Made by a program: the position numbers and the translations under genes. From Mobula hypostoma (taxonomy: Eukaryota): a stretch of DNA of 64,000 bases. This document shows positions 25,343-37,587 of this stretch, piece by piece (position 1 is the first letter of the stretch; each line of letters starts with the position of its first letter). The stretch is taken from positions 24,490,001-24,554,000 of the forward strand of contig NC_086099.1 in the NCBI RefSeq assembly GCF_963921235.1, read 5' to 3'. The notes under the pieces were generated by a model. It made no database searches. It had not been told where the DNA came from and was given only the letters and a program-made list of their open reading frames with translations.

Positions 25343-27115
25343 ACTTGTTTTTTTTGTGTTTGCAAAATTTGTTGCCTTTTGCAAATTGGTTATTTCCTTT
25401 TGTTGTGTGCAGTTTTTCATTCTGTTGGGTCCTTCATATTTGCTGTGATTGCCTGCAAGAAAATCAATCTCAGAGTTGTATATGGTGACATATATACACT
25501 TGGATAATAAATTTACTTTGGACTTTTGAACTTTGAACCTATAGCCTTTTGTTTTATGATTGCCTACTTTGGAAAAAGACTTTGATATTTAACCCCAATA
25601 TAATTTCATGTACTTCCACCAAGTTATCCCTCAGCCGCAACCTCCTTTTTCCAGGAAAAACAAGCCCAGCCTGTGGTGTAGTGATTATCAAAACACTATT
25701 ACAATGCCAATGACCCATTTCAATTCAACTACTATCTGTAAAGAGACAGAGTTTGTACATTCTTCCAGTGAAGAATGTACAAACATTGGTATCCTCTGGG
25801 TGTGTTGGTTTCCTCCCACATTCTAAAGATGTACAAGTTAACATGTTAATTAGCCACATGGCAGTGTGGGTTCATTAGGCCAGAAGCGCCTGTTACCATT
25901 ATGTCAATCTAAAAAATATTAAAACAGTCCCCTGATAGAGGCAACATCCTTGTGAACCTTAACCAACATCATGTCAGGCTAACCCTCTTCCCTCCTCTGA
26001 GTGCAGTACTCAAGCGTGCAGGGTCTTCACAATCCCCCCCCCACCTTCGCCTCTCTGAGGTAGAATGTTCTGTCCTCAATAAGGGCCTCACCTTCGTCAC
26101 TCTGCACCCACACCCGCCATGACACTGCACTCTTCTTTTGTTGTCTCCTTCTCTGGGCCTACTTCTTTGGCAAGGATTTTCCAGCCTGCACCAATGACCT
26201 GTACTCCCACTTTTCTCTTCCTGTACACCACGCTCTGGTCTTCTGCCTGCTCTGGATTTTTTTTTATCTCTAACTGCCAACGAGTTATCAACCATCTCAA
26301 CTTTAACACTCCTTTCTCCAATTCTAACCTCACTCCCTCTGAATGCACTGCTCTCCGCACTGATCCCAAACTCACCATCAAAGCCACAGATAAAGGGGAT
26401 GCTGTAGTAGTCTGACAGACTGACCTCCACCTTGCTGAGGCCAGGTAGCAACTTTCAGATACCTCGTCTAATATCCCCTTGAACAGGACTCCACTTAGGA
26501 GCACAAGGGTCCCATACTATCACCAACATTATTGACTTTGGGGATCTCCCATCCACTGCCGCCAATGTCATAGTTCCATTACCCCACGCCTCCCGTTTCT
26601 ACCTCCTACCCAAAATCCTCAAACCTTACAGTCCAGGTAGACCTATTGTTTCTGCGTGCTCCTGCCCCACTGAACTTGTGTCTACATACCTCAACTCGGT
26701 TCAGTCCCTTCATACCCACATCCATGATGTTTCACAAGCTCTTGACTTCAAAATCTTTAAGTCCCCTCGCCCCGATCATTTGATTTTCACTATGGATGTC
26801 CAGTCCCTAGTTCCATCACTCATCAGGAGGGCCTGAAAGCTCTCTGCTTCATTCTGGACAACAAACCAAACCAGTTCCCCTCCACCGCCACTCTCCTCCG
26901 TCTGGCGGAACTAGTCCTCACCCTCAATATTTTTCTTAATACTTTATTTTCAAAATGTTCAAAAATAAACGAATGAAATCAACAGAAGCATACCAGCTCA
27001 GACATGTATAAAAATGAAATAAGCAAAAACAAAAGACAACACATTGGAGGGATGTCTATTGTACAAAGTGCTCAAAAATACTAAACATTAAATCTCAAAT
27101 GAGGGTCGTGAGAAA

Positions 27116-30100
27116 TCAGCTGGGGGGAAATTGCTCATCCACCCCCGGCCTCGTCCAGGTAGGCAAGAAATGGATCCCAGATAGCCGAAAATGTTTTTTA
27201 ATTGAATTGGTTCTCAAGAACCTAAGTTTCTCCATCTGTATGACTGAGATCATATCAGCCATCCATCTCCGAAAGGAAGGGGGAGAAGGTGATTTCCATT
27301 CCCTCAAGATAAGTCTTTTGGCAATAATCATCCCCAGCATCAGAGACTGTTGTATGGCTGCAGGGAAACAAATAGTAGATTGCAAGCACCCAAATATAAC
27401 AAGACAAGCTTCCAAGGGAAAGGATCTTTTATAGGCCTTTGAGTACCTGTCGAATATTTTGGATCAAGATCCAGTCAGGAATGGGAAAAACCAAAAGGTG
27501 TGTAACAACGTGGCTTCCGTCCCTTGGCATCTATCACACACTGGCGAGACAGATGGGTAAATTCTATGCAATCTAAGTTTAGAGTTATGGAGACGGTGGA
27601 CAACTTTAAACTGGATCAGTTGGTACCTGCTGTTAACAGAGCAAGCCTGTATCATAGACAAACACTTATCCCAGGCAGCTTCAGAAAATTCAGTGCCCAA
27701 CTCCTCTCTCCAGGCGTCTCTAATCTTCACAGTAGACACTACAATGCAATTATCAAACAAATGTACAAACTTAGAAACAAGATGCCTGGAGTCAGGAGGG
27801 TTCTTTAAAATATCAAAAAATATATGTTTCCCTGGAAGGATTTCAAAATTACAAATCTTAGATTGAATGTAGTGCCAAATTTGCAAATAACAAGAAAAGT
27901 GCGAATGAGGCAGGTCAGATTTCTCTTTCAGCAGACTAAATGTTGCAAACTGTACCTCTATGTACAGGTCTTCAATAGAAACTAGACCCTTCTCTCTCCA
28001 AGCATGCTAGGTTTTATCTGACCATGAGGGTAGAAAGGAGTGATTGAAACAGATTGGTGTTTGTACAGAGGTCTCTGGTAAATTCAGCACGCTCCTAATC
28101 TGATTTAGAATTCTGCCGGAATTTTTCAAAACAGAACTCAAACTTTTTGAAGTCCCAGGCCTCTCTAACTTGGAGAACAGCATGGCTGGCAAGGAGGAAT
28201 TGACAACAGAGTTGGACTCCATATATAGCCACAAGGGAGCCTCAGCGGCTAGGTTATCCGGAGCCCCCTGTTGCCAAAACATTAAAGCCCTAGCATTGAC
28301 AGCCCAATAATAGTGTCTAAATACAGGTAATCCCAGCCCTCCTTCAGACTTGGGCTTTTGTAAATGAATTTTCGAAATCCTGTGATTCTTATAATTCCAG
28401 ATATAAGACAATATCATGGAGTCCAACACTTTAAAGAAAGCTGATGTAAGAAAAATGGGGAGAATTTGACAAAGATAGAGAAACCTAGGAAGGGAAACCA
28501 TTTTAATTGAATTTATACGACCAATCATGGACAAAGGTAGGGTTTTCCAACTTCCTGTATTCTGTTTAAGTTTTGAAATAAACCCCGCAAAGTTTAATTT
28601 GAATATTAATTTACGATCTTTGGGGATTATCAAGCCGAGATAAGTAAAGTGATCTTTAAATACTTTGAACGGGACACTTTCTAAAAACCCCACGTGCAGT
28701 CGTTGGAGAGGGGCACAAAGTCACTTCTTGTCCAATTGATTGAGTATCCTGATAATCTGCCAAAAGAGGTGATTAAATCTAGAAGAAGAGGGACTGACTT
28801 TTCTGAGTTTTGTAAGTAGAGTATCACATCGTCAGCATATAAACTAACAAGTGTTTCAATACCTCCCACTTTCAAACCCAGAATATTTGGGTGTCTTCTT
28901 ATCTTTAGGGCAAGGGGCTCTACCGCGACGGTAAAAAGGGCCGGCGAGAGAGGGCACCCCTGCTGGACTGAATGGTGCAGGGGAAACAGAGCTGAATTGT
29001 CACCATTAGTTATAATAGAGCACATTGGGCAGGCATATATCAGTTTTACCCAAGATACAAATGACTCACCGAACCCATACCTGTACAGTGACTCAAACAT
29101 GTAAGGCCACTCAATCTGGTCAAAAGCCTTTTGTGCATCAAGGGATAAAACTGCTGCCCCATTAGCTTTCCCATATAGTATTAAGGAGGCATCTGACATT
29201 GGAAAAAGAGAACCTACTCGGGACAAATCCTGTCTGATCAGGATGAATGATAGATGACAAATGCTTATTTAGTCAGTTAGCCAGTATTTTAGTAGATTAG
29301 ATTAGATTAGATTATGAGAACACGCAGTCCTCTTTTATTGTCATTTAGTAATGCATGCATTAAGAAATGATACAATGTTTTTCCAGAATGATATCACAGA
29401 AACACGTGACAAACTGATTTAAAGACTAACAAAATCCACATAGTTATAACATATAGTTACAACAGTGCAAAGCAATGTCGTAATTTGATAAGAACAGACC
29501 ATGGCACAGTAAAAGTCTCAAAGTCTCTCGAAAGTCCCATCATCTCACGCAGACGGTGAACCTCCAGCGCCACCAACTTGCCGATGCAGCATCCTGGAAG
29601 CATCCGACCGCAGTCTGACCCGAGTCCATCCGAAAACTCCGAGCCTCCAACCAGCTCTCCGACACCAAGCACCGAGCACCATCTCTGCCAAGCGCTTTGA
29701 TCACGGCCCCGGCAACAGGCGATAGGCAAAGCTGAGGATTTGGGGCCTTCCCCTCTGGAGATTCTTGATCGCACAGTAGCGGCGGCAGCGAAGCAGGCAT
29801 TTCAGAAGTTACTCCAGGTGCTCCTCCGTGCTTCTCATGGCCGTCTCCATCAAATCAGGATTGTGTACGGCCCCTAGTTACACATACGATATCATTCGGA
29901 ACGGCCGCACGCGCTGCGTCGTGCCGCCATCTTCTCCTCCCTCTTGCCTTTACCTTTCTATCAAAAAGGTTACCTTTCTATCTACCTTTTTAGATAGTAA
30001 TTGCCTTTCTATCAAAATTCTGGAGTGCAATGGGCCTATAGCTGGCTGGATCTATTTCCTCTTTACCTTTCTTTAAAATGAGGGAAATGTTAGCCTCGCA

Positions 30101-31610
30101 CAATGTCCTAAGCAAGGCTTTATCTCTCTCAGAGCAAGATATCATTCTGAGGAGAAGTGGGGCAAGGATATCACAGAATTTCTTATAAAATTCACAGCCA
30201 AATCCATCAGGCCCAGCAGCCTTGCCGGACGGAAATGACTTAATGGCAGAAGTTATTTCTTCCAATGTGATGTCAGAATCTAAGTCCTCCCTAGCAGCGT
30301 CACTAAGTTTCAGCATTACAAGAGAATCAAAGAAGTCATTCAAATCAGATTGAGTGGCTTTGCATTTAGAGGTGTAGAGTTCACTGTAAAATTCTTTAAA
30401 ACAATCATTTATCTCCTTGGGGTTAGTTAACAGGGTACCCGCCCTCGATCTAATGCAACAAATTGACCTTAGGGCCTGGGCGCCCCTGAGCTGCCGCGCC
30501 AGGAGCCCTCAGGCTTGTCCTCCATTTCAAAATGTTTTTGTCTTAATTTTAAGAGGAGGTTATCTATTTGACTACCCAAGATACAATAGTACTCATATTT
30601 AAGCTTCATTAGTTTATTATAATCTTCAGAGGATTTCGAAGCCTGGTATGTCACTTCGAGGGTTGGGAGAGTATTCTCAATCTCTAATAATCGCCCTTCT
30701 CTCTCCCTCTTAGCAGCGGATTCATATGAAATTATATACCCATGAATTACGACTTTTAATGTCTCCCAGTGTGTGGAATCTGACACCTCGCCGTTATCAT
30801 TAATTTCTATAAAATCTTTTAATCTGGTGGTGATATATTCCTATTGGCGAATAGGGAGGGGTTAAAACGCCAGGAATAGATTCATTTGGAAAGGGAGAGA
30901 TTTAGGGACATTGTCAAGGGGCTTTGGTCAGAAATTAATCTATTATGATATTTTGTATTGGTAACACGAGATGTTAAATGAAAAAATAATCTATTCTACT
31001 ATAAGATTTGTGAACATGAGAATAATAAGAATAATCCCTGTCGGTGGAATGTTGAACTTGCAAAATATCTACTAAATTCCTAGATCCAATCAAATTATTT
31101 AGGACCTGCACTGACACGATACTTGAGGGCGGGCGGGAGGACATTCTATCTAAATATGGGTCCAGGTAGCAACTCAAGTCACTGCCGATTATTATATTTG
31201 AATTACTGGCATCTGGAAGTAAATCAAAAACTTTCCTAAAAAGATTTGGCTCGTCTGTGTTTGGACCATAAATATTAAGGAAGGTTAGCGGAAACAAATT
31301 AATGGTGCCAGAGATCATAATAAACCTGCCAAGAGGATCTGTGGTCATGGAAGTGAGTTGAAATGGAATATTTTTTCTAAAGAGGATAGCCACACCACAG
31401 GCATGAGAAGTAAATGGTGACTGGTGAACCTGCGATATCCAGCTAGATCTCAATCTGCGTTGCTCACTTACTTTGATATGGGTTTCCTGTAGAAAAATTA
31501 CATCTGCAGATAGAGATTTGAGATGTCTGAAAACTTTACCCCTCTTAACAATATGACCAAGGCCCTTAACATTCCACGAGACTATTGTAATATCTTTACC
31601 CCCCTCCCGC
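27116..31610 (-). pseudogene. L1 ORF2p (APE endonuclease-RT-zinc knuckle), frameshifted
   Basis: SWNVKGL, FLQETH, NIYGPN, SRIDYF (APE); GKAAGPDGF, SYRPIAL, SLDAQKAFD, QQGCPLSP, LYADD (RT); KSEGGLGLP; CDRC...LLHTFW. Split across several frames. Confidence 0.9.
29294..29944 (-). mobile_element. ~650-bp SINE-like element inserted in the L1 RT
   Basis: Minus-strand 5' end GGAGAAGATGGCGGC and 3' (TCTAA)n tail; homologous to 23622-24243. It splits NFDRKAIT from KILAN. Confidence 0.85.
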
Positions 31611-32157
31611 TGCTGTGTTCTACCGCAAGGCCTCTGCATATGAGAATAAAGAAGAGATTATTAGAGTTGAGCACAAACATAGTATACAATGCAAAATAAC
31701 TGGCAGCCTCATAAGAACACAACATACACAAAAAAAAGCATGTCTGAGCTATAAACAAAAACAACACACACCCTAACCCACCCCCCTTCGTGTCTCCCTA
31801 AACCAGACACATAGTTCCCCATTTCCATCCCAAAAGGAGCTGTTGGGCAGGTAACTAACATTATACAATTATCACAAACCCCCTCTCTGAGAAAATGTAT
31901 AACACAAATTATATAATACGGTTAAACAAATGCTATTATGTCTGGGGAGATTTATCCAGTGTCCGCACCTGAAGCTGAACGTTCATGACACCAACTCAGA
32001 TTTAACCCTTATAATAACAGAAATATTTAGAACATTCTTTGCAATTAAATCCCAGTGCGGTATACAACATTATAAAACTACATATAACAAGGTCCCTCTC
32101 CATATCCCAACATGGAAACCGGCACAAATATAAGCTGAATAAACAGTGTCAATATGT

Positions 32158-32588
32158 CTACTCCTTTTTTTGTGCATTATTCCTTTCCAAGAATTGTGCT
32201 GCTTCTATTGGGTCATCATATACTTTAGGCGCTCTTCCGTCTTGATGATAAATATGGAGCCTAGCCGGATACAGCAGGGTGTGCTTGATTCCTCCATCAC
32301 GCAGAGTTTGCAGTACATCATGAAAGGCACGACGTTGAGTCATCACCTCTTTAGCATAGTCCGGGAAGATCAAAACCTTGTTTCCCTTGTACTCCATGGG
32401 TTGTAGTCTGCTGCAGCACAGGATCAGCTCTTTCACTTGAAAGTGATGGATACGTGCCAAGATGATGCACGGTTTCCCGCCGGCAGCCAGCTTCGGATAG
32501 AGAGAGCAATGCACGCGATCAACTTTAACCGGATATGGGAAGTGCTCTTCTCCGAGCAACTTGCGAATCAGTCTGGAAACAAATTCAG
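32158..32588 (-). pseudogene. L1 ORF1p C-terminal half
   Basis: VDRVHCSL..KP..ILARIHHFQVKELIL...IFPDYAKEVMTQRRAF...LLYPARL, typical of the L1 ORF1p RRM/CTD region. Confidence 0.85.
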
Positions 32589-33813
32589 TATTTTCTCCTT
32601 TGACTCCTCCCACTTCCTCCAAACCAAAGGTGTAGCCATGGGCACTTGCATGGGTCCCAGCTATACCTACATTTTCACCAACTATGTGGAACAGTCCATG
32701 TTCCAAGCCTACAATGGCATCGCTCCCTAACTCTTCATACCACTACATTGGTGCTGCTTCCTGCACCCATGCTGAGCTCGTTGACTTCATCAACTTTGCC
32801 TCCAACTTCCACCCTGCCCTCAAATTTACCTAGTCCATTTCTGACACCTCTCTCTCCTTTCTCGATCTCTCTGTCTCCATCTCTGGAGACAGTCTATCTA
32901 CTAATACCTTTCATAAAACCACTAACTCTTGCAGCTATCTACACTATAACTCCTCCCACCCTGTCACTTGTATAAATGCTATATCCTTCCTTCAGTTCTT
33001 CCATTTCCACCATATCTGCTCTCAGGATGAGACCTTTCATTCCAAAACAACTGAGATGTCCTCCTAGTTCAAGGAAAGGGACTTTCCTTCCTCCACCATC
33101 AACGCTGCCCTCAACCGCATCTCTTCCCTTTTGCACATATCTGCCCTCATCCCACCCTCCCACCATCACACCAGGAATAGGGTTCTTCTTGTCCTCACCT
33201 ACCACCCCACCATCCATCGCATACAGCACATAATTCTCCATAACTTCCTCCATTTCCAACAGGATCCACCACCAAGCATACCTTTCCCTCAGCCCAACCC
33301 ACTTTCTGCTTTCTGCAGGATCGCTCCCCACGCGACTCCCTTGTCCTCTCATTCCTCCCCACTGATGTCCCTCCTGGAACTTAGCCTTGCGAGCGGAACA
33401 AGTGCCACACCTGCCCCGACACCTCCTCCCTCACTACAACTCACAGCCCCAAACAGTCCTTCCAGGTGAGGTGACGTTTCACCTATGAGTCTGTTGGGGT
33501 CATATACTGTATCCAGTGCTCCCGGTATGGCCTCCTGTTTATCGGTGAGACCCAATGTAGATTGGGAGACCGCTTTGCCGAGCACCTATGCTCCATCTGC
33601 CCGAACACCGGGATCTCCCAGTGGCCACCCATTTAAATTCTACTTCCCATTCCCATTCCAACATATCAATCCATGGCCTTCTAAACTGCCTCAATGAGGC
33701 CACAGTCAAGTTGGAGGAACAGCACCTTATATTCTGCCTGGGTGGCATGAACATCAATTTCTTGAACTACCGATCATTACCTCCATTCCCTCTTCTTCAC
33801 CATTCCCCATTCC

Positions 33814-34250
33814 TAGGCCTGGAGTGATTTGCTGGCAGCAGGGCCTGGTCCTAGTGTGAGGTTCGGACACCGTCCCAGATAGTCTGGGGGCTTCTCTCTC
33901 TGCAAGGCAGGGCTGTGAGACTGCCCCCGACTGCTGTTCTTTGAGTCTGTGAACTTTGTGCCGATTTGCCCTGCTAATATGATGAACTGAGTACTGAGCT
34001 TCGGGCTTATTCGGGGTTGCTCCAGGAATTTGGAACTATGGACTCAATTTGGTTTGCAGAGCTGTTATTGCTGCTCAATTCTATTGTTTGCATGATTTGT
34101 TTTTTTTCTCTCTCTTTCTCTGTGCATTAGGGAGTTGTTTTTATTCTTTTGTAATTAGGTTCTTTCAGGTTCCTTACTTTACACCTGTAAGCAAAAAAAT
34201 CTCAGGCTTGTATAATTTATACATTCTTTTACAATAAATGCACTTTGAAA
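33814..34250 (+). mobile_element. Non-autonomous element with a Rex1-like 3' tail, inserted in the PLE 3' region
   Basis: Ends AATCTCAGGCTTGTATA...ACAATAAATGCACTTTGAAA like the Rex1 tails; the PLE terminal repeat resumes at 34251. Confidence 0.55.
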
Positions 34251-35039
34251 CTGATGAAGGTTCGCGACACGAAACATCAACTACATAGATGCCGCCTGGC
34301 CTGCTGAGATCCTCCAGCATTTTATGTGTGTTGATTTGGATCTCCAGCATCTGCAGATTTTTCCGTGTTTGTGGAACATTCTTGTGAACCTCCTCCTGAT
34401 AGCAAAAGATATACAGATTTGTAGGTTAATTGATCACAAGGGTGCAATTGGGCTGTGCGTGTTCCATAATACCATAAGACATAGGAGCAAACTTGGGCTA
34501 TTTGGCTCATCGTGTCTGCTCCGTCATTTAATTATGACTGATTTATTTTCCCTCTCAACCCCATTCTCCTGCCTTTCCCCATGGACCTTTGACACCCTTA
34601 CTCATTGAGAATCTATCAACAACACTTTCATTGGGCCGGAAGGATCTGTTACCACGCCGTACCTCTAGAAAAAAAAGAGAAAGGTCCTCTGATCCAGACA
34701 ACATTCATGTGAATCTCCTCTTGACATTTAATTTGAAAAGATGGGCATGAATTTAGAAAGGAATAGAACATTCAAATGTTTGGAGATGAGGCACGGTTGA
34801 GCAATGACAGAGAGACGTGACTTCTGAGAAAAAGACAATCATGGTGGAATTTAAATGACCTGAGGGAAAGGACTGTATCATAAAATATCAACACAAACTT
34901 TCCTTCTGTGACTTTCTACCATAATTTCAACAGAACCTAGAAACAAATGAAAGGAAGCCAGTTGCTCTGGTTCGCTGCCAATTCATCACAGGACCTCACA
35001 CTGTAACGACTCTGATCCCATTCTCTTGCATCAACATCA

Positions 35040-35577
35040 GAATCAGTTTTAATATTATTGGTAAATGTCATGAACTTTGTTGCTTTGATGCAGTGGTATA
35101 TTATGATATATAATAAAAAAGCTATAAATTACGATAAATATATACAAAACTAAACTAAATAAGCAGGGCAAGAAGAGAGCAAAATATAGTGAGCTAGTAC
35201 TCATGGGTTCACTGTCCGTTCAGTAATATGATGGTGGAGGGTAAGAAGCTGTTCCTAAAACATTGAGTGCATCTTCAGGGTCCTGAACCTCCTCCTTGAT
35301 GGAATCAATGAGAAGAGGGCGAGCCCTGGGTGATGAGGGTCTTTAGTGATAGATTTCACCTGTTTGAGGCATTGCCTTTTGAAAGTTTCTTGGGTACTCA
35401 GGAGGCTACTGCGCATGTTGGAGCTGGCTGAGTTTACAACTTTCTACAGCTTTTTCCGATCCTGCGCAATGGCTGCTCCACACCAGACAGTGATGAAGCC
35501 AGTTAGAATGCTCTGCACAGTACATCTGTAGAAATTTGTGAGAGACTTTGGTGACATACCAAGACTACCTCAAACTC
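35040..35577 (-). mobile_element. Rex1/Babar LINE 3' end
   Basis: Reverse complement encodes NFYRCTVQSILTGFITVWCG and carries the family tail. Confidence 0.75.
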
Positions 35578-35614
35578 CCCACGCTTCACCATCCCCATCA
35601 TTTTCACAACATGA

Positions 35615-36685
35615 CAGGGATAGGATGCCAAACTGGGCTGAGAAGTGGCAGATGGAGTTCAACCCAGATGAGTGTGAGGTGGTTCATTTTGGTAGGTCAA
35701 ATATGATGACAGAATATAGTATTAATGGTAAGACTCTTGGCAGTGTAGAGGATCAGAGGGATCCTGGGGTCCGAGTCCATAGGATGCTCAAAGCTGCTGC
35801 GCAGAATGACTCTGTGGTTAGGAAAGCATACGATGCATTGGCCTTCATCTATCGTGGGATTGAGTTTCAGAACCGAGAGGTAATGTTGCAGCTATATAGG
35901 ACCCTTGTCAGACCCCCACTTGGAGTACTGTGCTCAATTCTGATCGCCTCACTATAGGAAGGATGTGGAAGCCATAGAAAGGGTACAGAGAAGATTTACA
36001 AGGATATTGCCTGGATTGGGGAGCATGAATAGGTTGAGTGAATAGGTTGAGTGAACTCAGCCTTTTTTCCTTGGAATGACGGAGGATGAGAGGTGACCTG
36101 ATAGTGGTGTATAAGATGATGAGAGGCATTGATCTTGTCGATAGTCAGAGGCTTTTTCCCAGGACTGAATTGGCTAGCATGAGAGGGCACAGTTTTAAGA
36201 TGATTGGAAGTAGGTACAAAGGAGATGTCAGGGGTAAGTTTTTTACGCAGAGAGTACTGAGTGCATGGAATGGGCTGTGGGTGACAGTGGCGGAGGCGGA
36301 TAAGATAGGGTCTTTTAAGAGTCTCCTGGACAGGTACATGAAGCTCAGAAAAATAGAGGGTTAGGGGTAACTCTAGGTAATTTCTAAGGCAGTGGTCCCC
36401 AACCACCAGGCCGCGAGCATGTGCTACTGGCCCACGCGGAAACGATGTGATTTGGCGATATGAAACGATATCAGTCAGCTGCACCTTTCCTCATTCCCTG
36501 TCACGCACTGTTGAACTTCAATACCACCCCCCTGTCAGCCGGTCCACAAGAATATCATCAATATTAAACCTGTCCGTGGTGCGCAAAAGTTTGGGGACCC
36601 CCATTCTAAGGTAAGGACGTGTTCGGCACAGCTTTGTGGGCCAAAAGGCCTGTATTATGCTGTAGGTTTTCTATGTTTCTATGTC
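35615..36685 (+). mobile_element. CR1 LINE 3' portion
   Basis: WAEKWQMEFNPDECEVVHFGR, LYRTLVRP, MRGDLIVVYK, RGHSFK and a TTCTATGTTTCTATGT tail. Confidence 0.9.
36390..36603. mobile_element. hAT (Charlie-like) MITE, 214 bp
   Basis: Imperfect TIRs CAGTGGTCCCCAAC / GTTTGGGGACCCCCA and an exact 8-bp TSD TTCTAAGG (36382-36389, 36604-36611). Confidence 0.85.
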
Positions 36686-36982
36686 TCTTTTGCTCTCCAG
36701 TCTCTAGACTTTTGGCTGTGTGAAAGTATGTTTTTTACAATGCTATTACAATTTTTTCTTACAACCCTTTGCAGAAGGTTAGCCATTAGATGTCAAAAGG
36801 CAGATTGTTATCTCATTGAAGAGAGAGGCTGAAAGCAAATGAAGTACAACAGATCTGGGTGTTCCAGTGCATGAATGACAAAAGGCTAACAAGCAGGTCC
36901 AACAGGCTGTCAAGAAGGCAAACAAAATTTCAGTCTTCATTTCAATAGGATTAGAGTTTGAAAATAAGGAGGTCTTGTTGCA

Positions 36983-37587
36983 TTCATCATCATGGTCATC
37001 ATCATTATCATTATGTGCCTTGTCGTATGAAGTGGGCGATTATAGTCTTATACACAATCATGATTGTTCTTGGCAAATTTTTCTACAGAAGTGCTTTGCC
37101 ATTGGCTTCTTCTGGGCAGTGTCTTTACAAGACAGCTGGCCTCAGCTTTTGTGTCTGTGGAATTACATAACAAATAAATAAAAGCACACATGCAGGAGAT
37201 GGCTTTAACTGATGTATTCACATTGAGAGAGAGAGAGAGAAAGCAGATCAGTGCACATGTGTAGACAACAGATCGATGCACGTAGGTAAGTTATCAGTCC
37301 ATACGTAGTGTCAAGGGGAGTCATTGCTGGAGAAGAAATGGATCCATACATTACACCAGCCATTATCAATACTTTTCAGAGATTTTCTGCCTGGTGTCAG
37401 TGGTCATACAACCAGGGCTTGTGATATGCACCATCTGCTCATGCAATTATCCCGAACCTTCTCCACAGTTTAATGTGACCCTCGTCTGGGAGCTACACCT
37501 TGCCCAAGGGTGACCTGCAGGCTAGTGGAGGGAAAGGGCACCTTACACCTCCTTTGGTAGAGACATATCTCCACTCCATCGCCCAGG
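36983..37587 (-). mobile_element. SINE-like element with an RTE-type core and (TGA)n tail, interrupted
   Basis: GAAGTGCTTTGCCATTGGCTTC core, (TCA)n run at the left end; itself inserted in an old CR1. Confidence 0.5.
37147..37355 (-). mobile_element. Probable short solo LTR (~209 bp)
   Basis: Minus strand starts TGTAATGTATGG; flanked by a near-TSD TCAGC/CCAGC. The other terminus lacks a perfect CA. Confidence 0.45.

Larger units (their letters stand above)
26937..32588 (-). mobile_element. L1-clade LINE (fish-type L1/Tx1-like), 5'-truncated in ORF1
   Basis: ORF1 C-terminus, spacer and ORF2 domains are all present. AATAAA lies at the 3' end (~26943-26948, minus). Approximate TSD TATTTT(T)CT at 26928-26936 and 32589-32596. 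The PLE sequence rejoins across the insert. Confidence 0.92.
25970..34365 (+). mobile_element. Penelope-like element (Neptune type), near full length, interrupted
   Basis: LSEVECSVLNKGLTF; IKATDKGDAVVV; FYLLPKILKP..GRPIVS; IFTMDVQSL; LAELVLTLN, then after the L1 insert FSFDSSHFLQTKGVAMGTCMGPSY; Cys linker CERNKCHTC; GIY-YIG GVIYCIQC....FIGETQCRLGDRFAEH; terminal repeat at 34251-34365. The catalytic YIDD is deleted near 32735. Confidence 0.9.

Noticed and set aside
32158-32706. 182-aa ORF as a novel chimeric gene
   Set aside because: The first ~39 codons are antisense PLE RT sequence that happens to be in frame with truncated L1 ORF1 across the insertion junction. No promoter or selection evidence.
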